DNA from: Chitinophagales bacterium
GTDB lineage: Bacteria > Bacteroidota > Bacteroidia > Chitinophagales > JADIYW01
Direction of reading: 5' to 3'
Length of the DNA stretch: 64,000 bases
NCBI GenBank assembly: GCA_035515235.1
Contig: DATJBS010000061.1
Span: 19,012 to 83,011 of the forward strand
The notes below the pieces were generated by a model that searched no databases, had not been told where the DNA came from, and worked only from the letters and a program-made list of their open reading frames with translations. A program made the translations under genes and the position numbers. The first letter of the stretch is position 1. Every line of letters starts with the position of its first letter. This document shows, piece after piece, positions 1 to 8,068 of the stretch.

Positions 1-1
1 T

Positions 2-325
2 GTAAGTCCTAAAGGCAAAGTCATTATTCCTTGGCAATATGAAGCAGCTCAAGCATTCAGTGAAGGAAAAGCATGGGTAAAATTGAGTGGTAAATATGGT
101 TTAATCGATGAAAGAGGGAAATATCTTACCGCTTTCAAATACGAAAATGCTTTTCCTTTTCAACAAGGTTTTGCTCAAGTTCAGCTTCAAGACAAATGGG
201 GATTAGTCAATTCTTATGGTGTAGAAATCATTCCTCCAGTATGTGAACAAATAGGTAATATCTACAATAATAAAGTAGTCGTAAAAACTTTATCTCAAGG
301 ATATGGAATTACAATTTTGAAATAA
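2..325 (+). CDS. WG repeat-containing protein, C-terminal fragment (5' end upstream of window)
   Basis: The frame of ORF 83..325 stays open back to nt 2 (VSPKGKVIIPWQYEAAQAFSEGKAWVKLSGKYGLIDERG...). Recurring KAWV/KWGL-GL(I/V)(D/N)xxG units are typical of WG/KWG beta repeats. Stop TAA at 323-325. Confidence 0.7.
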   Translation, partial: VSPKGKVIIPWQYEAAQAFSEGKAWVKLSGKYGLIDERGKYLTAFKYENAFPFQQGFAQVQLQDKWGLVNSYGVEIIPPVCEQIGNIYNNKVVVKTLSQGYGITILK

Positions 326-443
326 AAAAGTATGAATAGAAATAAAAAACAACGAAATACATTATTTAGTCTATAAACTCTTAACTTCTTAATGGTTTAA
401 TTTAGAATAATCACCAAGAGATTCCTCCTTCGTCGGAATGACA
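324..443. repeat. Left copy of a ~120-bp direct repeat (partner at 1177-1296)
   Basis: aaaaagtatgaatagaaataaaaaacaacgaaatacattatttagtcta...gagattcctccttcgtcggaatgaca recurs 853-854 bp downstream with only a few mismatches or indels. Confidence 0.9.
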
Positions 444-912
444 ATAATGTATGTCATCCTGAAAGTAGCGTTAGCGAATTGAAGGATCTCAAAACAACAA
501 CGCTTTTGACACTTCGAGTTTCCTCAGTGTCCGAGATTATTTCTTCGTAGCAATGACGATTGTCTATGGTCAAACGATCTTAAGTATTTAGTCTAAAAGC
601 TCTTAATTTCTTAATGGTTCAATTTAGAATCTTAATCAAGAGATTCCTCCTTCGTCGGAATGACAATAATGTATGTCATCCTGAAAGTAGTGTTAGCGAA
701 TTGAAGGATCTCAAAACAACAACGCTTTTGACACTTCGAGTTTCCTCAGTGTTCTAGATTGCTTCATACCTCGAAATGAAGATTGTGTACGGTCAAATTA
801 TCTTCAGTCTTAGTCTATAAACTCTTAACTTCTTAATGGTTCAATTAAAATAATCATCAAGAGATTCCTCCTTCGTCGGAATGACAATAAGATATGTCAT
901 CCTGAAAGTAGT
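365..912. repeat. Tandem array of ~2.5 copies of a 222-bp unit built from palindromic-unit modules (REP/BIME-like)
   Basis: tagtcta occurs at 367, 589 and 811, an exact 222-bp period. Each unit carries gagattcctccttcgtcggaatgac, then gtcatcctgaaagtag(c/t)gttagcgaattgaaggatctc, then a degenerate gagatt...gcaatgac module. The third copy is truncated after gtcatcctgaaagtag at about 912. Confidence 0.9.
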
Positions 913-1020
913 AATGTTTTTTCTTAGTTGAGTCATAGTTTCGAAGTGAAGAAGCTCTAACATTGATTTAGGTTTGATTAGTATTTTGATAGATATCTAA
1001 ATCATTAGTCGTCCGACTCC

Positions 1021-1162
1021 CATGCGCTTAGATTTTGCAGGCGGGCACCCACTCTGTGAAAAAGTCGTGACATCTTCAATTGTTTGACGACGTTAGGAGG
1101 AGTTTTGAAGATGTAGGCTTTAAACAGAAAGTGGGTCGCCGAGAAATCCCGCGCGATTTTTT
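1021..1162 (+). ncRNA. Candidate structured RNA: extended imperfect hairpin followed by T6 (unclassified)
   Basis: Nested complementary segments: gcgc 1024-1027 with 1151-1154; gattt 1031-1035 with aaatc 1144-1148; cccactctgt 1048-1057 with acagaaagtggg 1124-1135 (2-nt bulge); acatcttcaa 1070-1079 with ttgaagatgt 1105-1114. The segment is locally GC-rich in AT-rich spacer and is followed by tttttt at 1157-1162. I recognise no Rfam family, and the strand is inferred only from the T-run. Confidence 0.3.
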
Positions 1163-1176
1163 GCATACTTTTTACT

Positions 1177-1296
1177 AAAAAAAGTATGAATAGAAATAAA
1201 AAACAACGAAATACATTATTTAGTCTAAAAACTCTTAACTTCTTAATGGTTCAATTAAAATAATCATCAAGAGATTCCTCCTTCGTCGAAATGACA
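1177..1296. repeat. Right copy of the ~120-bp direct repeat (partner at 324-443)
   Basis: Same sequence as 324-443. Its 3' part (tagtctaaaaactcttaacttcttaatggttcaattaaaataatcatcaagagattcctccttcgtcgaaatgaca) is nearly identical to the third tandem copy at 811-886. Confidence 0.9.
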
Positions 1297-1307
1297 GAAT
1301 TTAATCT

Positions 1308-1949
1308 CTATAAATTAACATTCTCCCACTCAGAAAAGGCTTTTTCTAAAGTACTAGTAAACAATTCCACCGGTTGTGCACCCGACACCCCATATTTATT
1401 ATCAAATACAAAAATAGGTACACTACTAATTCCAAGTTGCTTAGCTTCGTACAAGTCCATTCTGACATTTTCAACGAAGGCATTTTCATCTTTTAAAGGA
1501 TCAGTATCCAATCCTATGGCATGTCCGATTTTTTCAATTTCTTCAAATTTATTGAGATCAATACCGTCGGTGAAGTGTGCTTTAAATAGCGCTTCTTCAG
1601 CAGCTTCTCCTAGATGCTTAGTTTTTGCTAATTGTATCAATCTATGAGCTAAAAGTGTGTTGGCAGGTTTTGCTATATCAAATCGAAACTCCAAGCCACT
1701 TTTTGCAGCTGTCTCAGTAATTTGTTGATGAACGGATATAGACCAATCTATAGATTTTTGCTTTTTTTCAGCTAAATGTGTGTAAGCATCTTTTTGTGGA
1801 TCAGGTTGACCTTCAGGGTCTAATTGAAAACTTTTCCATTCTATATCTAAATGCTCTACTTCAGAGAATTTTGCTAAAGATTCTTCAAAATGACGTTTTC
1901 CTATATAACAAAAAGGACAAACAACATCCGACCATATTTCAATTTTCAT
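1308..1949 (-). CDS. DsbA family oxidoreductase (FrnE/2-hydroxychromene-2-carboxylate isomerase-like thioredoxin fold)
   Basis: MKIEIWSDVVCPFCYIGK carries a CPFC active site near the N-terminus, and the length fits the family. The ORF also allows an upstream ATG at 1964 (MGNLK...). Confidence 0.8.
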   Translation of the reverse strand: MKIEIWSDVVCPFCYIGKRHFEESLAKFSEVEHLDIEWKSFQLDPEGQPDPQKDAYTHLAEKKQKSIDWSISVHQQITETAAKSGLEFRFDIAKPANTLLAHRLIQLAKTKHLGEAAEEALFKAHFTDGIDLNKFEEIEKIGHAIGLDTDPLKDENAFVENVRMDLYEAKQLGISSVPIFVFDNKYGVSGAQPVELFTSTLEKAFSEWENVNL

Positions 1950-2053
1950 TTTTAGATTTCCCATTTCTTAAAGGATTCAGTTGATATAAGTTTTTAAAGT
2001 TAGTTAAATTGTCTTTTAAAGAGAATTGGTTATTTTGATTCTTTGAAATTATT

Positions 2054-2061
2054 TACTTTTG
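2054..2061 (+). promoter_or_regulatory. Putative Bacteroidota -7 box (tacttttg = TAnnTTTG) upstream of the carboxyltransferase gene
   Basis: Exact TAnnTTTG match 6 nt before the ATG at 2067. This would give a very short or leaderless 5' end and argues against the TTG-extended ORF start at 2043. No good -33 TTG sits at canonical spacing. Confidence 0.3.
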
Positions 2062-2066
2062 CAGAT

Positions 2067-3617
2067 ATGACGAACGACCAGAAGTTAGAGCTACTACTCC
2101 AAAAAAATGAAGAAGCTTTATTAGGTGGAGGTATTCAAAGAATTGATGCCCAACATAAGAAGGGGAAATTAACAGCGAGAGAACGAGTTGAATTACTGAT
2201 GGATGCTGGTACATTTGAAGAGATTGGAAGATTGGTCACTCATAGAAGTACTGACTTCGGTCTAGAAAATGAAATCTATTTAGGCGATGGAGTTGTAACA
2301 GGCTACGGTTTAGTACAAGGAAGATTGGTATATGTCTTTTCTCAAGACTTTACAGTTTTTGGTGGATCTCTTTCTGAGACACATGCTGAAAAAATCTGTA
2401 AAGTAATGGACTTAGCCATGAAGACAGGAGCTCCATTGATAGGATTGAATGATTCTGGAGGTGCGCGTATCCAAGAAGGTGTAGTTTCTTTAGGAGGTTA
2501 TGCAGATATCTTTTTGAAAAACGTTCAGTCATCTGGTGTCATTCCACAAATTTCTGCGATCATGGGTCCATGTGCCGGTGGTGCTGTATACTCTCCTGCT
2601 ATGACCGACTTTACTCTCATGGTAGAAAATACTTCTTACATGTTTGTTACAGGTCCGAGTGTGGTGAAAACTGTTACTCATGAAGAAGTGAGCTCTGAAG
2701 AATTAGGTGGCGCAAAAACGCATGCTACTAAATCTGGAGTGACTCATTTTACTTCTGTCAACGAAGTAGAATGTATCCAAAATATTAGACAGTTATTGAG
2801 CTATATGCCTCAAAATTGTAAAGACGATGCACCTGTCTATCCTTATGAAAGCATAGGTAGTGAATTAAGAGAAAAGCTGGCAAATATTATTCCTGCAAAT
2901 CCTAATCAACCCTATGACATGAGAGATGTTATAGAAGGGATAGTAGACGAGACTTCTTTTATGGAAGTTCATAAAGATTTTGCTGAAAATATAGTGGTCG
3001 GATTTGCTAGAATTGCAGGTCGATCTATAGGAATCGTTGCTAATCAACCTGCATATTTGGCTGGTGTATTGGATATCAATAGTTCAAGAAAAGCTGCAAG
3101 ATTTACTAGATTCTGTGATGCTTTCAATATTCCATTATTAGTATTGGTAGATGTGCCGGGATTCTTGCCGGGTACAGATCAGGAATGGAATGGAATTATT
3201 ATCAATGGTGCAAAATTATTGTTTGCATTGAGTGAAGCGACTGTTCCCAAAATTACTGTCATTACTCGTAAAGCCTACGGTGGAGCGTATGATGTAATGA
3301 ACTCTAAGCATATCGGTGCAGATTTAAACTTTGCTTGGCCTATGGCTGAAATTGCAGTGATGGGACCAAAAGGTGCAGCTGAAATTATCTTCAAATCAGA
3401 AATTGCTAAAGCAGAAGACAAGGAAGCTAAACTTCAGGAAAAAGTAGACGATTACTCAGAGAAATTCGCAAATCCATACAGAGCTGCAGCAAGAGGATTT
3501 ATTGATGAAGTTATCGATCCGAAAGACACTCGAATAAAATTGATTAGAGGTTTCAAAATGTTAGAAAATAAAGTTGCGACTATGCCGCCCAAAAAACACG
3601 GAAACATTCCACTTTAA
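2067..3617 (+). CDS. Acyl-CoA carboxylase carboxyltransferase (beta) subunit, propionyl-CoA/methylmalonyl-CoA type
   Basis: Carboxyl transferase hallmarks: [34 protein letters not shown]. About 516 aa from the ATG at 2067 ([10 protein letters not shown]...). Confidence 0.9.
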   Translation: MTNDQKLELLLQKNEEALLGGGIQRIDAQHKKGKLTARERVELLMDAGTFEEIGRLVTHRSTDFGLENEIYLGDGVVTGYGLVQGRLVYVFSQDFTVFGGSLSETHAEKICKVMDLAMKTGAPLIGLNDSGGARIQEGVVSLGGYADIFLKNVQSSGVIPQISAIMGPCAGGAVYSPAMTDFTLMVENTSYMFVTGPSVVKTVTHEEVSSEELGGAKTHATKSGVTHFTSVNEVECIQNIRQLLSYMPQNCKDDAPVYPYESIGSELREKLANIIPANPNQPYDMRDVIEGIVDETSFMEVHKDFAENIVVGFARIAGRSIGIVANQPAYLAGVLDINSSRKAARFTRFCDAFNIPLLVLVDVPGFLPGTDQEWNGIIINGAKLLFALSEATVPKITVITRKAYGGAYDVMNSKHIGADLNFAWPMAEIAVMGPKGAAEIIFKSEIAKAEDKEAKLQEKVDDYSEKFANPYRAAARGFIDEVIDPKDTRIKLIRGFKMLENKVATMPPKKHGNIPL

Positions 3618-4480
3618 TTAGTGGAAATGGGTCTTTGGTGAAGTGCGTTATAAATAGCAATCGTTTCTTTAGCAGCTTTGACATCATGGACTCTTAAAAT
3701 ATGAGCACCTTTTTCTAAGGCTAACATATTCAGGGCGATCGTGCCTGTAAGAGCTTGTTCTGCAGAAGTTTGAAGTGTTTTCCAAATCATGGATTTTCTA
3801 GAAATTCCTACTAATAAAGGTCTTTTGAAGATGCTGAAATTTTCTAATTGTTGAAATAGAGAGAAGTTGTGTGTTATAGTTTTTCCAAATCCAAAACCAG
3901 GATCTATAATAATATCTTGAATACCTGCTTCTATTGCTTTTTCAGTTTGTTGTGCTAATTGTAGCATCACTTCTTGAATTAGATTCTTGTAGTTCGGTTG
4001 GACTTGCATAGTTTCTGGTGTGCCTTGAATATGCATCAATATGATTGGGGCTTTATATTGAGCTGTAGTTTCAAATATCTTAGGATCATACAATCCACCA
4101 CTAATATCATTGATGAGGTGCGCACCACTCTCTAAAGCAGCTTCTGCAACAGAATGATGGTAAGTATCTATAGAGATATATTTTTGAGGATGATTTTTAG
4201 TGATAAAATTAATTATTGGAAGAAGAGCTTTGATTTCATCGTCAGGATTACTGATAGGACTTCCAGAGCGAGTGCTTGTCGCGCCAATATCTATGATGTC
4301 CGCACCTTCGCCAATCATATGTTCAACCTGCTGAAATGCTGAGTCCAATTCATGAAATAAACCTCCATCATAAAAAGAATCTTTAGTGATGTTTAAAATA
4401 CCCATTATCTTAGGAGTTTCAAGAGACAAGATTTGTCCTCTCATGCATAAAGTGAACGGTGGAATGGAAGGTGTATTCAT
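3614..4480 (-). CDS. folP: Dihydropteroate synthase
   Basis: Pterin-binding motifs [34 protein letters not shown] and RVHDV. 288 aa. Confidence 0.9.
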   Translation of the reverse strand: MNTPSIPPFTLCMRGQILSLETPKIMGILNITKDSFYDGGLFHELDSAFQQVEHMIGEGADIIDIGATSTRSGSPISNPDDEIKALLPIINFITKNHPQKYISIDTYHHSVAEAALESGAHLINDISGGLYDPKIFETTAQYKAPIILMHIQGTPETMQVQPNYKNLIQEVMLQLAQQTEKAIEAGIQDIIIDPGFGFGKTITHNFSLFQQLENFSIFKRPLLVGISRKSMIWKTLQTSAEQALTGTIALNMLALEKGAHILRVHDVKAAKETIAIYNALHQRPISTN

Positions 4481-4535
4481 TTTATAGAAACTTTTTAATG
4501 AGATAATTTTTAGATTTAATTACAATTATAAAAAA

Positions 4536-5384
4536 ATGAAAGGCAAAAATGTACTGATTACTGGAGCCACTGCAGGAATTGGTTTAGAAACAGCTATAAA
4601 TTTAGCTAGAATGGGCGCAAGTGTACATTTTATTGCAAGAAATAAAACGAAAGCCATAGGAATAAGAGAGTTGTTGATTAGAGAAGGCGAAGGTAGACGT
4701 TGTAATTTTTATATTGCAGATTTATCTAGTCAAAAATCTATTAGAGATATTGTACCTATCATCCAAAAAGATTTGAAAGTAATAGATGTATTGATCAATA
4801 ATGCAGGAGCAGTTTTCAGTGATTTTAGCTTAAGTCAAGATGGTATCGAAATGACGATGGCGACTAATCATTTTTCGTATTTTTTACTAACTAATTTATT
4901 GCTAGATCAAGTCAAAGCATCCAAAACAGGACGTATTATAAACGTATCTTCTGGATCAAATAGACAAGGTAAAATCAATTTTGAATCTTTTACTCAAAAC
5001 GTCAACTATCAAATTATTAGAGCATATTGTCAATCCAAGTTGGCGAATATCTTATTCACTAAACATCTATCGGAATTATTAAAGGATAGTAATGTTACTG
5101 TAAATTGCTTACATCCAGGAAGAGTGCGAACAGATATTGGTAAAAAGAATACTGGAAAAATTTCTGCTTTTGCTTGGAGTTTGTTTTTGAAATGGTCTAG
5201 CGTATCCGTAGAAAAAGGAGCAGAGACCTCTATATATTTAGCTAGTTCTCCAGAAGTCAATAAAATTACTGGGACATATTTCTCCAAATGTCAGCCGGAT
5301 GCTTACAATTCCTTAGCTGATGATGAAGAGTTGCAGAGAGATTTATGGGCTAAAAGCTTGGAATTGTGTCCTGTTTCTCTATAA
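4536..5384 (+). CDS. SDR family oxidoreductase (retinol dehydrogenase-like)
   Basis: TGATAGIG cofactor motif, NNAG, and YCQSK catalytic YxxxK. Confidence 0.85.
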   Translation: MKGKNVLITGATAGIGLETAINLARMGASVHFIARNKTKAIGIRELLIREGEGRRCNFYIADLSSQKSIRDIVPIIQKDLKVIDVLINNAGAVFSDFSLSQDGIEMTMATNHFSYFLLTNLLLDQVKASKTGRIINVSSGSNRQGKINFESFTQNVNYQIIRAYCQSKLANILFTKHLSELLKDSNVTVNCLHPGRVRTDIGKKNTGKISAFAWSLFLKWSSVSVEKGAETSIYLASSPEVNKITGTYFSKCQPDAYNSLADDEELQRDLWAKSLELCPVSL

Positions 5385-5385
5385 A

Positions 5386-6021
5386 TTAATCTTTTTCAGA
5401 ATTAATTACTCCTTGTTTGGCAGCAGTGGTGATGAGTTTTTCCATCCATTTTTGAATAGTTTTTAGATCATTTCTATCATCGAATGTTTGTGAAATACCT
5501 GACCAAATCAGTTGTAAAGTACTTTGTTCGTAGATATTGATTTCCACATAATAAGGAGCATCTTCATCTTCGGGAATTTCTACTTTAGTAGATAATGAAG
5601 CATAGTAGCTCCATAAGCTATTTTTGCTTGGCTCATTTATGATAGGAGAGTATTCTTTAGGATTTTTTATGGAGTAATTTCTTTTATACGGAAGAATCGC
5701 ATAAGTAATGATAGCATCAATTTTAAGATTGCGATAAGGAGTCATCCATTGCTCATATTCTTGTTTGATAGTAGTATCCGGCAATACGGTTATAATATTT
5801 TTGACAGAATTGAATTTCTCTTTTATTTCTGCATCAAACCATTTTTCTATAATACTATCTTGTATTTCTGTGTAATTGAATCCGATGATGCTCAATTGTC
5901 TAAGTGGCAATGATTGGTGACTTCTTTGAGATTTCCAAGATTTTATTTTACAAGCAAATACTGATGGTGTAGTCAATAAAATTATAGATAAAAAAAAGAT
6001 AGCTTTCAAGATTTTTTTCAT
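5386..6021 (-). CDS. Hypothetical secreted protein or lipoprotein
   Basis: A signal peptide starts at MKKILKAIFFLSIILLTTPSVFAC when translation begins at the internal ATG at 6021 (ORF max 6039). No recognisable catalytic motif. Confidence 0.55.
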   Translation of the reverse strand: MKKILKAIFFLSIILLTTPSVFACKIKSWKSQRSHQSLPLRQLSIIGFNYTEIQDSIIEKWFDAEIKEKFNSVKNIITVLPDTTIKQEYEQWMTPYRNLKIDAIITYAILPYKRNYSIKNPKEYSPIINEPSKNSLWSYYASLSTKVEIPEDEDAPYYVEINIYEQSTLQLIWSGISQTFDDRNDLKTIQKWMEKLITTAAKQGVINSEKD

Positions 6022-6045
6022 AGAATTATTTAAAATCAAGTAAAT

Positions 6046-6080
6046 ATAAATAAAAAGAGGCTCCCAAAGTGGAAGCCTCT
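6046..6080 (-). terminator. Rho-independent terminator after the acyl-CoA dehydrogenase gene
   Basis: agaggct/agcctct stem (6056-6062 with 6074-6080), followed on the minus strand by a T-run (A-run 6051-6055 on plus). Confidence 0.6.
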
Positions 6081-6099
6081 TCTATAAGCTGTTTTTTTC

Positions 6100-7896
6100 T
6101 TAAAATTTGTATCCTTGGTCTTCTGATACTTTTGCAGCGATTGCTCTACGTGCATTTTTAGTATTGAATGGATCAAGTTTAGTATATCTTTTCAATCCCA
6201 TCAACATCATTCTCAATTCATCTCCTTCAGCAAATGATTGCAATGCATGTTTTCCATTGATATTGACTCTTTCGACTGCATCACTGATGAAAGTTTTTAC
6301 AATTTGAATTTCAATTTCAGCAGCTTGTTCACCTACTGTATCAATTTTCTTTTGTAAACGTAAAACAGAAGATTCAGCAGCATAAAGATCGATGATCATA
6401 TCAGCAATATTCATCAAGATTTCTTGCTCGTGTTTCAACTTAGTCGTTAATTTTTGTACAGCAGCACCAGCAACTAATAAAATAGCTTTTTTGATATTGC
6501 GGACAGCTTTTAATTCGTTAGTTAAAACGCCTTCATCTTCTCCAGCACCAAAGTCAGGAACAGACATTAACTCTTTTTGAACAGCCATAGCAGCAGACAT
6601 CATGTCGATTTTGCCAGCCATCGCTCTTTTCAATAATTGGTCAACAGTTAATAGTCTGTTGATTTCATTTGTCCCTTCAAAAATTCTATTGATACGTGCA
6701 TCACGATATGCTCCAGCTACTTGTGTTTCCTCAGAGAAGCCCATTCCGCCATGGATTTGAACAGCTTCGTCCACACAATAGTCTAATACTTCAGAACCAT
6801 GTACTTTCAAGAATGCACACTCTATTGCATATTCATCAGCAGCACCTAATATAGCTGCAGAGAAATCTTTTCCTTCTGCTAATAACTTTTTCTCATAGTT
6901 ATCGATTTTGTCAGAAGCTCTATAACAAGCAGATTCTAAAGCATAAGTTTGGATAGCCATCTCAGCTAATTTATACTGAATAGCACCAAAATTTGCAATA
7001 GGAGTTTTGAATTGTTGACGCTCGTTAGCATATACTGCCGCTTGTCTTAATACATCTTTCGATGCACCTAATGAACCTGCTGCTAATTTGTAACGACCGA
7101 TATTTAAAATATTGAAAGCAATCAAGTGACCTTTACCAGGCTCACCTAATAAATTCTCTACAGGAACTTTTACATTTTCTAAAAATACTTGACGAGTAGA
7201 AGAACCTTTAATCCCCATTTTTTGCTCCTCAGCACCTAAAGAAAGTCCTTCCATAGTTTTTTCTACTATAAAACCTGTGAATTGCTCTCCGTTGATTTTT
7301 GCGAATACAATAAAGATATCTGCAAAGCCAGCATTGGTGATCCACATTTTCTGACCGTTCAATACATAGTATTTACCATCTTCAGTTAAGTCAGCTCTTG
7401 TTTTTGCACCTAAAGCATCAGAACCAGAACCAGGCTCAGTCAAGCAATAAGAAGCTTTTAATTCTCCAGACGCTAATTTTGGTAAATATTTTTCTTTTTG
7501 TTCTTGATTACCAAAGTAAACTATCGGTAAAGTGCCGATACCTACGTGCGCTCCCCAAGACAAAGTAAATGAACGAGCTCTAGCCATAGCTTCTACTATA
7601 ATAGAATTCGTATTGAAATCTTTACCAAGACCTCCAAATTCTTCTGGAACTGCCATACCTAATAAACCTAGTTCGCCAGATTGCTCTAATAAAGAAGTAG
7701 TCACACCTTCTTCCTGAACCTCGATTCGATCTCTTTTAGGCATGACTTCGTTATCTAAGAAGTCGTTAGTAGCTTGAAGGATCATCAATTGCTCTTCATC
7801 TAAATCAGAAGGAGTAAAAATGTCTTGATATTTACTCTCTTTTACTAAAAATTCTCCACCTCTTAAAAGACTTTTTATTTCAGTATTAGTTTCCAT
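6100..7896 (-). CDS. Acyl-CoA dehydrogenase, long (~600 aa) FadE-like form
   Basis: CLTEPGSGSD, QKMWITNAG and QIHGGMGFSEE are ACAD N/M/C domain motifs, with an extra C-terminal helical extension. Confidence 0.9.
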   Translation of the reverse strand: METNTEIKSLLRGGEFLVKESKYQDIFTPSDLDEEQLMILQATNDFLDNEVMPKRDRIEVQEEGVTTSLLEQSGELGLLGMAVPEEFGGLGKDFNTNSIIVEAMARARSFTLSWGAHVGIGTLPIVYFGNQEQKEKYLPKLASGELKASYCLTEPGSGSDALGAKTRADLTEDGKYYVLNGQKMWITNAGFADIFIVFAKINGEQFTGFIVEKTMEGLSLGAEEQKMGIKGSSTRQVFLENVKVPVENLLGEPGKGHLIAFNILNIGRYKLAAGSLGASKDVLRQAAVYANERQQFKTPIANFGAIQYKLAEMAIQTYALESACYRASDKIDNYEKKLLAEGKDFSAAILGAADEYAIECAFLKVHGSEVLDYCVDEAVQIHGGMGFSEETQVAGAYRDARINRIFEGTNEINRLLTVDQLLKRAMAGKIDMMSAAMAVQKELMSVPDFGAGEDEGVLTNELKAVRNIKKAILLVAGAAVQKLTTKLKHEQEILMNIADMIIDLYAAESSVLRLQKKIDTVGEQAAEIEIQIVKTFISDAVERVNINGKHALQSFAEGDELRMMLMGLKRYTKLDPFNTKNARRAIAAKVSEDQGYKF

Positions 7897-8007
7897 GTAT
7901 TTTGTTTTTTATACTTTTAAATTGGGTGCGTGAAAATAATTCAATCTTAATTTAAAACCAAACGTTAGTTTGATTAAAAGGTTTTACAAATCAAATCTTA
8001 ATATTGC

Positions 8008-8046
8008 TAAAACAAAAAACGCTCTTGAAATGAATCAAGAGCGTTG
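8008..8046 (-). terminator. Rho-independent terminator after the TonB-dependent receptor gene
   Basis: aacgctcttga...tcaagagcgtt stem at 8018-8045, followed on the minus strand by ttttttgtttt. Confidence 0.7.
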
Positions 8047-8068
8047 AAATATTTTTTTTTAAATTGAA

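Noticed and set aside
365-912. Could the regular repeat array be a CRISPR array?
   Set aside because: The period is 222 bp and whole units are repeated, with no short conserved repeat alternating with unique spacers. No cas genes are in the window.
1094-1116. A strong Shine-Dalgarno-like aggagg followed by ATG-TAG (start-stop mini-ORF), plus 21-22 aa ORFs on both strands of the rod-like element.
   Set aside because: Bacteroidota make little use of SD sequences. The ORFs are tiny, lie within paired stem regions, and lack supporting context. They are most likely a by-product of the GC-rich hairpin.
1291-1647. A 118-aa plus-strand ORF antisense to the DsbA gene. Similar antisense or shadow ORFs occur at 2350-2532, 4154-4342, 5030-5287, 6107-6580, 17307-17564, 20376-20585, 26453-26713, 28612-29173, 30633-30866, 32790-33104, 44397-44627, 45155-45718, 46196-46568, 46772-47044, 54221-54505, 54649-55383, 57561-57836, 58974-59225, 59829-60290, 60177-60467 and 62861-63064.
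   Set aside because: All are embedded in, and opposite or out of frame to, genes with clear family signatures. Their low-complexity, Ser/Leu/Ile-rich translations are typical of shadow ORFs in AT-rich genomes.
2043-2066. N-terminal extensions given by the ORF track. They are 2043 (pccB-like), 17233 (sigma), 27820 (actA), 34269 (actE), 44856 (ABC ATPase), 49903 (rplU), 61602 (ogt), 6039 (lipoprotein) and 1964 (dsbA).
   Set aside because: The extensions begin at non-ATG codons or add atypical hydrophobic or odd residues before well-conserved N-termini. In several cases a TAnnTTTG box, the upstream gene end or a terminator lies inside the extension. Internal ATG starts were chosen, but these remain predictions.
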